Shown: piece after piece, positions 29,170 through 39,791 of the stretch
Position numbering within the stretch: the stretch's first letter is position 1
Layout of the letters: each line of letters opens with the position of its first letter
NCBI GenBank assembly: GCA_963663765.2
Contig: CAXXUA010000006.1
Coordinates: 96,001-160,000 of the forward strand
Length of the DNA stretch: 64,000 nt
Direction: 5' to 3'
DNA from: Candidatus Poribacteria bacterium
Lineage (GTDB): Bacteria > Poribacteria > WGA-4E > WGA-3G
The notes under the pieces: generated by a model
Told to the model about the DNA's origin: nothing
Databases searched by the model: none
Seen by the model: the letters and a program-made list of their open reading frames with translations, nothing else
Program-made: the position numbers and the translations under genes

Positions 29170-30285
29170 TTAATCCCATTCAAAAATGGATAAAGAAAGA
29201 ACAGGTGGTTGGGACGCTCCTGTTTTCATCTGTAACAGTGCTTCTTTAATTGCTGAAGCACGAGTTTTTCCAACGCCATCAACATACTGTAATGTATCAA
29301 TAGATGCGGTGATGATAGATTCCAATTTCTTGAATCTCTGGACGATGTTTTCAACAATATTCATGGGAATACGGGGTATTTGACTCAACATCCGATATCC
29401 ACGTGGTTCCAACGGTTCAACATACCTATAAACATCCTGAGGGTAACCGAGTGCTACACTAATATTGCTTTCTGTAGCTAAGTTTACTGCATCTAATCCC
29501 AGGATGTTCTCATAAGCTTGAAATTCGTCCTTTTCTTCTTCCCTATAATAATCCTTTATAATGAGTTGTGCTCTTTCAATTTCTGTTGTTAATTCAGAGG
29601 GAATCAACTGCAATGATTGTGCTTCTGTTCCAAGCTCAATCCGGTATCTGTTTAATTCGTACTCAGTTCTTCGTACTCGCTCACAAACTTGGATGGCAGT
29701 TATGACGTTTGACAAAGTTACCGTTCCACTCAGTTCTGCCCAGTTTAATGCCGCTAATGCGTTTTGCATTGTTTTAACATATTGGTTAATCGCAAGCATC
29801 GCCTGATTTGCGCCAGAAATAAGAATAGGTCGATCACGGAACAAGTAGTGTTGATGTCTTCTATACAATGTGAGTGTATTGCGTCTTCGTGATACAGCTA
29901 ACACCACATTTCCAGTTTCTTTAGCGAATTTTTCTGCTGCGCGATGACGCAATCCCGTTTCTTTTGAGGCAATGGAAGGACTTATTCTTAGTGTAACATT
30001 GGCACGTACTATGCGTTTCATATCAGTAGAAAGAATGATTGCTCCATCCATTTTTGCCAATTCTGACAGACGCATCGGGGTATAAGGACAATTTATGCGA
30101 AAACCACCTTCAGTCAAATTTAAAAGTTCAGGAGAATCCCCGATTACTATCAACCCGCCTGTATTCGCTTGGATGATATAATCAATACCTTCCCTTAGAG
30201 AGGTACCTGGTGACAGTAATTTCAATGTTGAAACTAATTCACGTTCCCTTTGATTTTTAGCAAATATTTGTTGCACTACTCTCAC
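29170..30285 (-). CDS. disA: DNA integrity scanning diadenylate cyclase
   Basis: PGTSLREG, ELAKMDGAI (DGA), ETGLRHRAAE (RHR), PRGYRMLSQIPR, HhH VDGVGKTRA. Confidence 0.93.
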   Translation of the reverse strand: MRVVQQIFAKNQRERELVSTLKLLSPGTSLREGIDYIIQANTGGLIVIGDSPELLNLTEGGFRINCPYTPMRLSELAKMDGAIILSTDMKRIVRANVTLRISPSIASKETGLRHRAAEKFAKETGNVVLAVSRRRNTLTLYRRHQHYLFRDRPILISGANQAMLAINQYVKTMQNALAALNWAELSGTVTLSNVITAIQVCERVRRTEYELNRYRIELGTEAQSLQLIPSELTTEIERAQLIIKDYYREEEKDEFQAYENILGLDAVNLATESNISVALGYPQDVYRYVEPLEPRGYRMLSQIPRIPMNIVENIVQRFKKLESIITASIDTLQYVDGVGKTRASAIKEALLQMKTGASQPPVLSLSIFEWD

Positions 30286-30600
30286 CTTTCATTATAAATT
30301 AAGTATAACATATCAAAGTTATCAAAATCAAGGTTATCAATCAAGACATCTGAAATTTAGTTATATTCTACCTGAAGAGATTTTAAATGATACAAATGTT
30401 AATAAATATTTCACTTGACTTCATTTGCAAATGCATGTATCATGATTTAGGAAATATTTAGTACCCCGATACAAAATTGTAATTTTTCCCTAAGGCTATT
30501 TAAAGCGGCTTATTAAAAGAGGCTTAATTAAAACATGGCTTTGCTTTATTGAAAAATTCTAATTCCACGAAAATAGTTCGAAACTAAAAAACGAGGTTAA

Positions 30601-31140
30601 ATGCAGTTTAGTTTACTCAGTGCCACCACATCCGCATTGTTTTCAAGTACTGACCATGATTTACCAATTGTAACGCTTAAAACCGATAAAGGAAACGTAT
30701 TAATTGAACTTTATCCTGACGTAGCACCAGAAACAGTAGCGAATTTTATTAATTTGATTGAAGCAGAATTTTACGATGGACTATCATTTCACAGGTATGT
30801 CAAAAAGTTCGTTATTCAAGGTGGAGACCCAGATGGAAATGGAACAGGTGGACCGGGATGGACAATCTATGGAGAATTTCAGGACACAAAACTACGAGAA
30901 AAGATGCCAAATCATCAAAAAGGTGTCGTTGCAATGGCAAGGAAACCATCACCCAATTCTGCTGGTAGTCAATTTTATATATGTCTAAGTGAAGATGAAA
31001 GCATATACACACATCTAAATGGTAATTACACAACATTTGGACGGGTAATTGAAGGTCTTGATGTTGTAGATGCACTGCGAGAAAGAGATGTCATTAGGGA
31101 AGTTTCACTTACACTATCTCCTGAAAACCGTACAGTCTGA
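30601..31140 (+). CDS. Cyclophilin-type peptidyl-prolyl isomerase
   Basis: APETVANF, FYDGLSFHR, FVIQGGDP.GNGTGGPG, SAGSQFYI. Confidence 0.95.
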   Translation: MQFSLLSATTSALFSSTDHDLPIVTLKTDKGNVLIELYPDVAPETVANFINLIEAEFYDGLSFHRYVKKFVIQGGDPDGNGTGGPGWTIYGEFQDTKLREKMPNHQKGVVAMARKPSPNSAGSQFYICLSEDESIYTHLNGNYTTFGRVIEGLDVVDALRERDVIREVSLTLSPENRTV

Positions 31141-31175
31141 CTTTCAAAAATTAACATAAAAAGGATCTCTCTTAT

Positions 31176-32231
31176 ATGGAAGAATGGAAACAATTAGTTA
31201 GGGATACTGTTAATACACCAGAGAAACTTGCTGCCGCATTAGACATTGATGTTGAAGAAATGCGGAGAATACACAAAGAATTCCCCATCCGAATCAATCC
31301 GTACTACCTAAGTCTTATAGAAAAACCGGGGGATCCCATTTGGAAGCAGGTCGTGCCAGATACCCATGAACTCATCAGTACGGGTGTGGAAGATCCACTC
31401 CATGAAGAAGACGACAGCGAAGTCCCCAACGTTACACATCGCTATCCAGATCGCGCACTTTTCTATGTAAACTATATGTGTCCAATCTACTGTCGTTTCT
31501 GCACACGCAAACGTAAAGTTGGAGATCCTCACTCTATCTCTGAAAACAATATAGAAATCGGGCTTGCATACATTCGTGAACACACAGAGATTCGAGATGT
31601 CATTATTTCTGGTGGTGATCCACTGATGTTGACTGATAAGAAAATTGACATGATCATCAAAGGACTTCGGGAAATTAATCACATAGAGATTATACGAATA
31701 GGAACACGTGTACCAGTAACATTACCGCAACGGATTACACCTGAATTATGTGCAATACTGAAACAGTACCATCCTTTCTATATTAATACACACTTTAACC
31801 ATCCTCGGGAAATTACTCCTGAAACTGAAAAAGCATGTGGTATGTTAGCAGATGCTGGAATTCCACTCGGTAATCAGGCAGTACTTCTCAAAGGTGTGAA
31901 TGACGACCCTGAAATTATGGCGGAGTTGATGAAAGGCTTACTCCGCATTCGGGTAAAACCTTACTATATTTATCAAGCTGATCTTGTCGTGGGAACAGAT
32001 CATTTTAGGACAGCGGTAAAGACTGGATTGGAAATAGTTGCTGCCTTGCGTGGACATATATCCGGACTTGGCGTGCCACACTATGTGATCGATGCACCAG
32101 GTGGCGGTGGAAAAATCTCACTTAGTCCTGATCCTATTGTTGCATTTGATGACGACGAAATCAAACTCAGAAACTATGAAGGGAATGTCTATAGTTATCC
32201 GAGTACTCCGTTTTTTGATGCTGACTGGTAA
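31176..32231 (+). CDS. kamA: KamA-family radical SAM enzyme (lysine 2,3-aminomutase-like)
   Basis: THRYPDR, CPIYCRFC, SGGDPL, HFNHP.E, PYYIYQAD, DAPGGGGK. Confidence 0.88.
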   Translation: MEEWKQLVRDTVNTPEKLAAALDIDVEEMRRIHKEFPIRINPYYLSLIEKPGDPIWKQVVPDTHELISTGVEDPLHEEDDSEVPNVTHRYPDRALFYVNYMCPIYCRFCTRKRKVGDPHSISENNIEIGLAYIREHTEIRDVIISGGDPLMLTDKKIDMIIKGLREINHIEIIRIGTRVPVTLPQRITPELCAILKQYHPFYINTHFNHPREITPETEKACGMLADAGIPLGNQAVLLKGVNDDPEIMAELMKGLLRIRVKPYYIYQADLVVGTDHFRTAVKTGLEIVAALRGHISGLGVPHYVIDAPGGGGKISLSPDPIVAFDDDEIKLRNYEGNVYSYPSTPFFDADW

Positions 32232-32398
32232 TTTTTAAGTTTTTGCCTTTTTAACGGGAAATGGCATTCCCCGCCTACCGTGTGAGAAATATTTATTTCC
32301 GAATTAATAAATTAATCTTCATAACATCTGTGCTATAACATCCCCGGTAGGTGTGGTTTCGTAACCAATGCAGAATACCACTCGCGTTTTCTGCATAA

Positions 32399-32709
32399 TA
32401 CCATTTCAAATAAATCTTGTCTCATTAAGGAATTCTAATGTTTACTGGCAGGGGGTTACTCTCTTCGGTAGGAGCGACCTCCCGGTCGCGACCGGGAGGT
32501 CGCTCCTACCAGATTTCCACTGCTAATGAGACATTATCACATGAAAATGGTATTATACCAATTCTAATAAATCTTGTCTCATTAAGGAATTCTACTGTTT
32601 ACTGGCAGGGGGTTACTCTCTTCGGTAGGAGCGACCTCACGGTCGCGACCGGGAGGTCGCTCCTACCAGATTTCCGCTGCTAATGAGATATTATCACATG
32701 AAAATGGTA
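32399..32709 (+). mobile_element. Tandem dimer of the 154-bp TACCA MITE (32399-32552, 32556-32709)
   Basis: Units separated by TTA. Confidence 0.85.
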
Positions 32710-33110
32710 TTAGTCCACATCGCCGCTCCAGCGGAGCGGTAAGTGGGAACCGTAACATAGCACTCCGCTGGAGGGCACGAATGCGGATATTCCGTTTTCT
32801 ATAAACATAGCACTCCGCTGGAGTGCAGCCTTTTCTCCAGTTTCACGAAAATACGAAATAGGTGCGGTTTCCTAACCGAACCATAAGCGTCAATTTTAGG
32901 ATTTTGACCTCTTGTGGGAGGGGTTTTCAACCCCGCCATAAGTCAAACGCGCTTCTGGCGTTGATTTGGATTTTATGTACACCTTCTCTCAATTAGTTTC
33001 TATCTGGATATTTTCAAATCAATCATTGCCAGAATAAATACAATACAAATATGAAACCAAAATAAAGTAAAATACGTGAATTCATTCGTAAGGTTAACAT
33101 CCTACAAAAA
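32584..33110 (+). repeat. ~0.53-kb non-coding direct repeat, copy 1
   Basis: Near-identical to 37426-37980. Confidence 0.9.
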
Positions 33111-33387
33111 TATTAAATTAACTGATATTTCTCAAATGGCTTATATGTCAATATAGACAAGGGTTCTCTTGAATTGCGGACATGAAAATGCTATCTGAAA
33201 ATCGGATATGATTTATGATTATCTATTAATTTTCAATCCAAATAGTACTGCATTGTCAATTAGAGTGGTCATAAATACACAAAAATCAAGCAAAACCATC
33301 TAAGATAAAGAGCATTTTCATGTTGTTATACGTTCTTAGTGTTGATAGTTAGTGGGTTTCTGACGATTTTGAAAAATATCATACATG

Positions 33388-34926
33388 TTAATCCTTCACC
33401 GTTTCAGGCGGCTTTGGTGGTGTATAACGTTGCGATTTTCGTTGTGAACTGTGCATCCCGAACAACTCTCCTATCATTTTGGCAACCTCCGGATCATCTT
33501 TTTGCATCTTCCTGAAACCCTCTACCATTCCGTACCGTTCCAGAGTTGCCATCGCCTTATCAAAACGCTGCGGGGTCAATACTTCTACCTCAAACTGTCT
33601 TCGAAATTCCTTCTCAAAATCTACTTCGGAAGGCACTACTATTCCTTCTTGTGTAAGAAATTTTGCAAGTTCTGTCTCAAATGCAGCCTGAAGCTCAGCA
33701 TCGTTTTTCGTCAACATTTCATGGAATTTTTCCTCTGCCTGTCTAATCTTTTCCTCTGCCTGTCTAATCTTTTCCATTTCTGCTTGTGTTGGCTTCAACC
33801 GATCTAGTGTATTGTCTTCGGGTAGTTCGTCCGGAACCATATCAGGAATGATGTCACCTTGGTTTGCTTTTTCCACCGCATCGGCCGGAATCTTAGGTGT
33901 GTTAACAGAAAACTTATCGTTAATAGCCTCTACCAGTTTAGCGGGCGGTTCCCAACCTTTTGGGAGATTCTTCTCCCAACCGGGCGGTGGAGGACCCGCC
34001 TTGTCAATAATAGTCTCCCATCTAAGTGGTGAAGGTTTTTCGTTGAGAAAGGTTCCACTTTCGTCATCAATAAAAATAACTTCTAATCCTTCAGGGTGTA
34101 TACCTTTAAACATCAAATCTCGTGCTTCTCGGACAGTGAGTTGAACTCCTAAACTCATAAACCCACTATCAGATTGATCGATGTAAATAGTATTTCCATC
34201 AAATGGTAAAAAGACTGAATCATTATGCCCCATAAAAGTCCCACCACTAAGGTTGGGAACAACTCTTCTCGCCTCGTTATATTGTTGAACTTCCCATATC
34301 TGTCTATCAATATAATTATTTTTAAAGGATTCCCAATCTGAGGCTGGTGCAATACCGAAGTTCCCTGATTGCCAAGCTTCTGGATTGTTTTCTCTACCCA
34401 TTAGTCCCCTCCGAGCATTCATATACTTTGAATAATCGCCGTAGTGTTCAAAGGTAGCACCTTTCTCCAATAACATCGCAATCCACTTGGCACGCGGATA
34501 TTTGGCATCCAGTTCATCATCATAATCATGTTGATGATTTTCAAGCCCGTCGAAAGCTTCCATGATCGACTGTGCTGTTTGAGGCCAAGGACCCTCGTAT
34601 TTTTTCGGCATGTTTTGTTCATATTCAAATTGAAAGACCTTTCCCATTACCAGAGGCGGTTCGCCGAGAATCTCTTTTAGGCCAGCAGCATCTGCTTTTA
34701 ACTCAGTTTGCATCTTTTCGCGAATCTCAGTAATATCTTCATTAGGTATCACTATGTTGCTTCGCTTCGCTGTGGCTAACTTCTGTTTTATTGAGAAGTC
34801 AACCTGCTTTTCTACCCAAACGTCCCAACTATCCTTAAATATCAACTTGCGCACTATTATCACAGAGAATATAGAGATCCCCACAATTGCTAAAAGTGTT
34901 ATCACGACCAATTTTTGTCTAGACAT
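33388..34926 (-). CDS. Hypothetical membrane-anchored protein
   Basis: GGAGG RBS before MSRQKL; N-terminal TM; 21-bp duplication (EKIRQAE). Confidence 0.7.
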   Translation of the reverse strand: MSRQKLVVITLLAIVGISIFSVIIVRKLIFKDSWDVWVEKQVDFSIKQKLATAKRSNIVIPNEDITEIREKMQTELKADAAGLKEILGEPPLVMGKVFQFEYEQNMPKKYEGPWPQTAQSIMEAFDGLENHQHDYDDELDAKYPRAKWIAMLLEKGATFEHYGDYSKYMNARRGLMGRENNPEAWQSGNFGIAPASDWESFKNNYIDRQIWEVQQYNEARRVVPNLSGGTFMGHNDSVFLPFDGNTIYIDQSDSGFMSLGVQLTVREARDLMFKGIHPEGLEVIFIDDESGTFLNEKPSPLRWETIIDKAGPPPPGWEKNLPKGWEPPAKLVEAINDKFSVNTPKIPADAVEKANQGDIIPDMVPDELPEDNTLDRLKPTQAEMEKIRQAEEKIRQAEEKFHEMLTKNDAELQAAFETELAKFLTQEGIVVPSEVDFEKEFRRQFEVEVLTPQRFDKAMATLERYGMVEGFRKMQKDDPEVAKMIGELFGMHSSQRKSQRYTPPKPPETVKD

Positions 34927-34988
34927 GTATTTGCCTCCTATGTGGGTTTGTGGGAATGTCTTGGACTTGCCCCGAGATGCTTTTGCAA

Positions 34989-35396
34989 CTATGAGGATGA
35001 TCCACAAGGACATCCATCAAGATAAACCTTAATCGCCCGAAAATTGGGAATATGGGCAACCTTTGCTTCAGCCTCCTTCCCTTGCCAGGGCCATCCCCAA
35101 CTAAACAACGAAGCGACAGCATTAGTCGTATCCAATACCTTCTGTCCATTTTGCAACACTACCTCAGCAGAAATCTTCTTGTTAAGAGAGTTTTTAACAG
35201 GATCTACACAGACATACAACGAAGCATCAGCGGTGACAGTAAATCCAACTGGATGGTTCTGAGGATCACCATTATCAATTTTTGCCTTAGACGAAGCAAA
35301 AAACATATTGGCAGCACCAGCGGTGCGGAATGTGTATAGAAACGTAAATGAACCGCGTAACCAAGCACCAGCGGTGGCAGCATGCGCGTATGGCAT
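34989..35396 (-). CDS. Hypothetical secreted protein, 5' end probably truncated
   Basis: Begins MPYAHA (signal-peptide tail); isolated IS end ~55 nt upstream. Confidence 0.45.
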   Translation of the reverse strand: MPYAHAATAGAWLRGSFTFLYTFRTAGAANMFFASSKAKIDNGDPQNHPVGFTVTADASLYVCVDPVKNSLNKKISAEVVLQNGQKVLDTTNAVASLFSWGWPWQGKEAEAKVAHIPNFRAIKVYLDGCPCGSSS

Positions 35397-35447
35397 GCTG
35401 CATAAGGTTTATAAATATGAAAATAGATGTCCGAGTCGCTGATCAAT

Positions 35448-35470
35448 TCTTAAAACTGTCCAAACTATAG
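35448..35470 (-). mobile_element. Orphan left end of the IS4-like element
   Basis: Reverse complement CTATAGTTTGGACAGTTTTAAGA is identical to 11581-11603. Confidence 0.8.
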
Positions 35471-35578
35471 TATATATTAGTGGTTTTTACACAACTTCTG
35501 AATCGTATAATTTGCTACTAACTTTAAAACATGATAGCATTTTGCAAAAATAAAATCATGTTATTTTGTGTCTTATGA

Positions 35579-35851
35579 AGAGGCATTCAATTGTTGATGT
35601 TTGCTCCTAAGAGTGTTATTGCTTCTTTAGTGGTTGACTCGCTAAGATATTATGGTATAATTCTTCTATCTATTGAATTCATAAAATGGAGAGGAGAATT
35701 GAGAACAGACTAAGGGTCGCATTCCGTAATGCACACATCACATGAGGTATGTTGCCACTCCGCACTTGAGACGCATCCTCACCAAGAAGTCATGCTATAT
35801 CTGATATATACAGAATATGCACAAACTAATATCGACAATTGAATGCCTCTG
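35579..35851. mobile_element. MITE/IS remnant with AGAGGCATTCAATTG ends and an internal promoter
   Basis: Inverted termini; TTGACT-16 nt-TATAAT at 35634-35661; related termini at 48905-49035. Confidence 0.6.
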
Positions 35852-36150
35852 GCCTATTGATTTAGGAGTTTTTTTTTCTGATGAATTCTGATACAATAAT
35901 CAGATAAGTTGAACACCAGAAAAAACAACTCTTTTTTCTGGTTCATTTAGAGGGTTGACAACCCCTAATACTTATCAATATTGTATCATATTTTGTAATT
36001 AATACAAGCGGTAAATCCATTCTATAGTACAGGCTTATAGCAGTTTTATTGAATCCCAAAACGACTAATTCCCAAAATAAATGAAGAAACAAATTATTAT
36101 AGGTATTTTTCTTATTATCCCAACGCACCACATAAAAAAGGAGTATTCAA

Positions 36151-36831
36151 ATGAAAAGCGTATTAAGTGTTATAATTGTTCTGATTGTTTGCACAGCAGT
36201 TATTGGTGGCGTGATGTTATGGCGACAGTATAGTTTCATTCCTACCATTACCTTGGTAACACCCGAAACAGACGACACCAACGGCAAAAATACTATCCAA
36301 GAAATAACAAAGTCTTCGGGTAAGTATAACACTTCACAAAAATCTGATGTCGCGGATTTTCCCTTAGCACCTATAGCAAAACAGACTGATGATGAACACA
36401 CCGGTAATATAAAAAATCCCAGTGACGCTACAGTCAAAAAAGTGAAGGGTAAGATGATGTCTAAACGAGCAGCAGAAAAAGTTGCGATAGACGAAGCGAG
36501 AAAAAAGAAATCGGCAGCATTAGAAGCAGAAAGTGCTGAAATTGAGAAATTAGTTGCAGACGCGCTCATTAGTGCCGAGAGATTTGAAAGTATTCTGTCT
36601 CCTATATTCAACAAAGGCGAAGTAAAATTTTCCGAATCAGAGTTCAAAACTATGGTCAATCAGATCGCACCGACTCTCGTCCACCAACTCAACGCTCTCT
36701 CAGCTGACGAACAATACGAAGTCATAAATGAAGTATTTTCTATGGCTGAATTAGCCATAGAAGAGGAGGAAGCCGCAAAACATACACTTCTACAAAACCT
36801 TCAGAAACATGGATTTGAAAAAAAGTTTTAG
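36151..36831 (+). CDS. Hypothetical protein with an N-terminal TM anchor
   Basis: AAGGAG RBS; hydrophobic N-terminus. Confidence 0.7.
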   Translation: MKSVLSVIIVLIVCTAVIGGVMLWRQYSFIPTITLVTPETDDTNGKNTIQEITKSSGKYNTSQKSDVADFPLAPIAKQTDDEHTGNIKNPSDATVKKVKGKMMSKRAAEKVAIDEARKKKSAALEAESAEIEKLVADALISAERFESILSPIFNKGEVKFSESEFKTMVNQIAPTLVHQLNALSADEQYEVINEVFSMAELAIEEEEAAKHTLLQNLQKHGFEKKF

Positions 36832-36902
36832 ATAACGTATGCGGTACTTTTCTTGGTCGTTGAACAGGTTTCGTCACAGCATAGAGAAATATCATCTTTA
36901 GA

Positions 36903-37424
36903 CTATTTCCAACAGTCTAAATTAGTACCTAAGAGTGTTTCAAGTTCCCGAATTTCAGACTTGTAGAGATCTTTTAGAAACTGTCGAGTTTCATCTTTCA
37001 TTTGAGGTGGAAGTTTCTTACCGAACAGCCGCTTAATTCCAAGTTTTTTTGACCAACTGACTATACAATCTAAGCGCATATCCTTAAGCCACCAAGCGAT
37101 TTTGTCAAAGAAAAGCTACGCGGCGTGTGCCTTGGGAATACCAGTTGCTGCGACTTTTGCGGCGCCGGCTGTTGATGGGAAACGTTCTACGTCAATGTTG
37201 AGGAAATTCGCTACTATCTCTTTTGTCTCTGAAATAGATGAGGCAATCGTCTGTTCATAGATAATTATCAGAATCTGATCCCTTTCAAAATGGCGAAAAC
37301 ATTTCTTTAATCGCTCACTGTAAAAACTATGCTGGATAATTATTGGGTATTGAGACATACATCTTTTGAAGGTTCCGAAATAATTACCGTCTCGCACCAA
37401 AATTCCGTAGTGTGAATATGTCCT
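36903..37424 (-). pseudogene. Sulfotransferase C-terminal remnant
   Basis: RTYSHY (3'-PB motif tail), YSERLKK...QILIIIYE, FLNID, MKDETRQFLKDLYKSEIRELETLLG..L..W; in-frame TAG at 37116-37118; 5' cut by the repeat. Confidence 0.75.
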
Positions 37425-37425
37425 A

Positions 37426-37980
37426 AAGGAATTCTACTGTTTACTGGCAGGGGGTTACTCTCTTCGGTAGGAGCGCCCGTGTGGTCGCGACCGTGTGGTC
37501 GCGACCGTGTGGTCGCGACCGTGTGGTCGCTCCTATCAGATTTCCGCTGCTAATGAGACATTATCACATGAAAATGGTATTAGTCCACATCGCCGCTCCA
37601 GCGGAGCGGTAAGTGGGAACCGTAACATAGCACTCCGCTGGAGGGCACGAATGCGGATATTCCGTTTTCTATAAACATAGCACTCCGCTGGAGGGCAGCC
37701 TTTTCTCCAGTTTCACGAAAATACGAAATAGGTGCGGTTTCCTAACCGTACCATAAGCGTCAATTTTAGGATTTAGACCTCTTGTGGGAGGGATTTTCAA
37801 CCCCGCCATAAGTCAAACGCACTTCTGCCGTTGATTTGGATTTTATGTACACCTTCTCTCAAATAGTTTCTATCTGGATATTTTCAAATCAATCATTGTC
37901 AGAATAAATACAATACAAATATGAAACCAAAATAAAGTAAAATACGTGAATTCATTCGTAAGGTTAACATCCTACAAAAA
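37426..37980 (+). repeat. Non-coding direct repeat, copy 2 (starts in a truncated TACCA MITE with an amplified GTGGTCGCGACCGT unit)
   Basis: Matches 32584-33110. Confidence 0.9.
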
Positions 37981-38009
37981 CATAAAATAAACATTTTTAG
38001 GAGTATCTA

Positions 38010-38432
38010 ATGTCATTAAATCCATACTTAACCTTTAATGGTGTATGTCAAGAAGCGTTTGAATTCTATCGTTCGGTTTTCGGGGGTGAGTTCATAACCT
38101 CTCAAACATTTCGTGAGGCACCGGAGGACCTGGGTATTGCAGAAGATGATCTTGACCGAATTATGCATGTTTCTCTTCCAATCGGTGACAGTGTGTTGAT
38201 GGGAAGCGACTCATGCACCTCTTTTGGTCCACCACGAATCATGGGGAACAATTTTTCTCTCTGCTTTAATGCAAACAGCAGAACACACGCAGATGAAGTG
38301 TTTGCCAAAATATCAAACGGTGGAAAAGTGATGATGCCGATGCAGGATACGTTCTGGGGTTCGTACTACGGGAAATGTACTGACAAATTCGGAATTACCT
38401 GGGATATTTTGTCTGATCACGCTAAGGAATAA
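38010..38432 (+). CDS. PhnB/YjdN-like VOC protein
   Basis: LNPYLTFNG.C.EAFEFY, IMHVSL, MPMQDTFWGSYYG..TDKFGI.W. Confidence 0.9.
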   Translation: MSLNPYLTFNGVCQEAFEFYRSVFGGEFITSQTFREAPEDLGIAEDDLDRIMHVSLPIGDSVLMGSDSCTSFGPPRIMGNNFSLCFNANSRTHADEVFAKISNGGKVMMPMQDTFWGSYYGKCTDKFGITWDILSDHAKE

Positions 38433-38561
38433 CTGCTTGAATTCTTAAATCGACACTTTCATACAAGGTAGGCGAGGTTCCTAACCTCGCCAATTACATA
38501 GTTTTCAATTATAGTGAAATCTATAACACGAAAGTTATGTACAGATATGTTCGCTAACACA

Positions 38562-39314
38562 TCATTCGACTTGCTGTCCCAAAGCAGAACGGTAAGCTTT
38601 TACTGCATTTACCAAACCGATATACAACGCATCTGCCATCAAATGATGTCCAATGGATACCTCAAGCAATCCCGGTAGTTGTTGCATTAAAGGTAGATTG
38701 TCAAGATTTAAATCATGTCCTGCGTTCGTACCTAAACCCAATTCAAGAGCCTTTTCACCTGCTTTTCTCAACAATGTAAACTCTCTTTCAATATCAGCAT
38801 CTGTCTCTGCCATAGCGTAAGGTTCTGTATAAAGTTCAATTCTATCCGCTCCAATATCAACCGACCGTTCAATCTGTTCCAAGTCGGTTCCACTAAACAA
38901 ACTCACACGAATCCCCACATCACGTAGTGAAGTTATCACCGGTTTCAGCATATCACCATCCTGTTGTATATTCCAAACAGTATGGCTTGTGATTTCTCCA
39001 GAAACCACAGGGACGAGTGTACACTGCGTAGGCTGGACTTCTAACACCATGTCGAGAAGGTCTGGACGCGGATCACCTTCAATATTATACTCAATCTCAG
39101 CATCCAGTTGTGAGTTGATTTCTTTTAAATGCTGTGCTATTTCATACACATCCGAAGGTTTGATATGCCGTTGGTCCTCACGGGGATGCACGGTAATGCC
39201 TTGTACCCCTGCATCTATGCAAGTATCCACAGCAGTTAGCACATTGGGTATATCACCCCCTCTGGAATTTCGCAGTGTTGCAACTTTGTTGACATTCACG
39301 CTCAAACAGATCAT
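38562..39314 (-). CDS. pdxJ: Pyridoxine 5'-phosphate synthase
   Basis: LSVNVNKVATLRNSRG, GITVHPREDQRHI, NIEG, IELYT, NAGHDLN, EVSIGH. Confidence 0.97.
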   Translation of the reverse strand: MICLSVNVNKVATLRNSRGGDIPNVLTAVDTCIDAGVQGITVHPREDQRHIKPSDVYEIAQHLKEINSQLDAEIEYNIEGDPRPDLLDMVLEVQPTQCTLVPVVSGEITSHTVWNIQQDGDMLKPVITSLRDVGIRVSLFSGTDLEQIERSVDIGADRIELYTEPYAMAETDADIEREFTLLRKAGEKALELGLGTNAGHDLNLDNLPLMQQLPGLLEVSIGHHLMADALYIGLVNAVKAYRSALGQQVE

Positions 39315-39343
39315 CTTTCCTCCTTATAATTCAATCAGGCTTA

Positions 39344-39654
39344 TACCAATTCAAATAAATCTTGTCTCATTATGGATTTCTACTGTTTACTGCCAGGGGG
39401 TTACTCTCTTCGGTAGGAGCGACCTCACGGTCGCGACCGGGAGGGCGCTCCTACCAGATTTCCGCTGCTAATGAGACATTATCCCATGAAACTGGTATTA
39501 TACCAATTCAAATAAATCTTGTCTCATTATGGATTTCTACTGTTTACTGGCAGGGGGTTACTCTCTGCGGTAGGAGCGACCCCACGGTCGCGACCGGGAG
39601 GGCGCTCCTACCAGATTTCCGCTGCTAATGAGACATTATCCCATGAAAATGGTA
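39344..39654 (+). mobile_element. Tandem dimer of the 154-bp TACCA MITE (39344-39497, 39501-39654)
   Basis: TTA before, between and after the units. Confidence 0.88.
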
Positions 39655-39791
39655 TTACTTAAAAAAGGTAGGTTGTGAATGCCCTAAGGCATTCATCCCG
39701 TAGATTTCTTGATTTACTGATCACGACTAAAAGGTCGTTCCTACATGTTAAGTATGTAATTATTTCCAAAATCAACTATATAAGAAACATA

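Noticed and set aside
32438-32683. Short ORFs within MITE/REP sequences (also 39362-39628, 44487-44711, 49251-49454, 28940-29179, 54128-54353)
   Set aside because: They are translations of non-coding repeats
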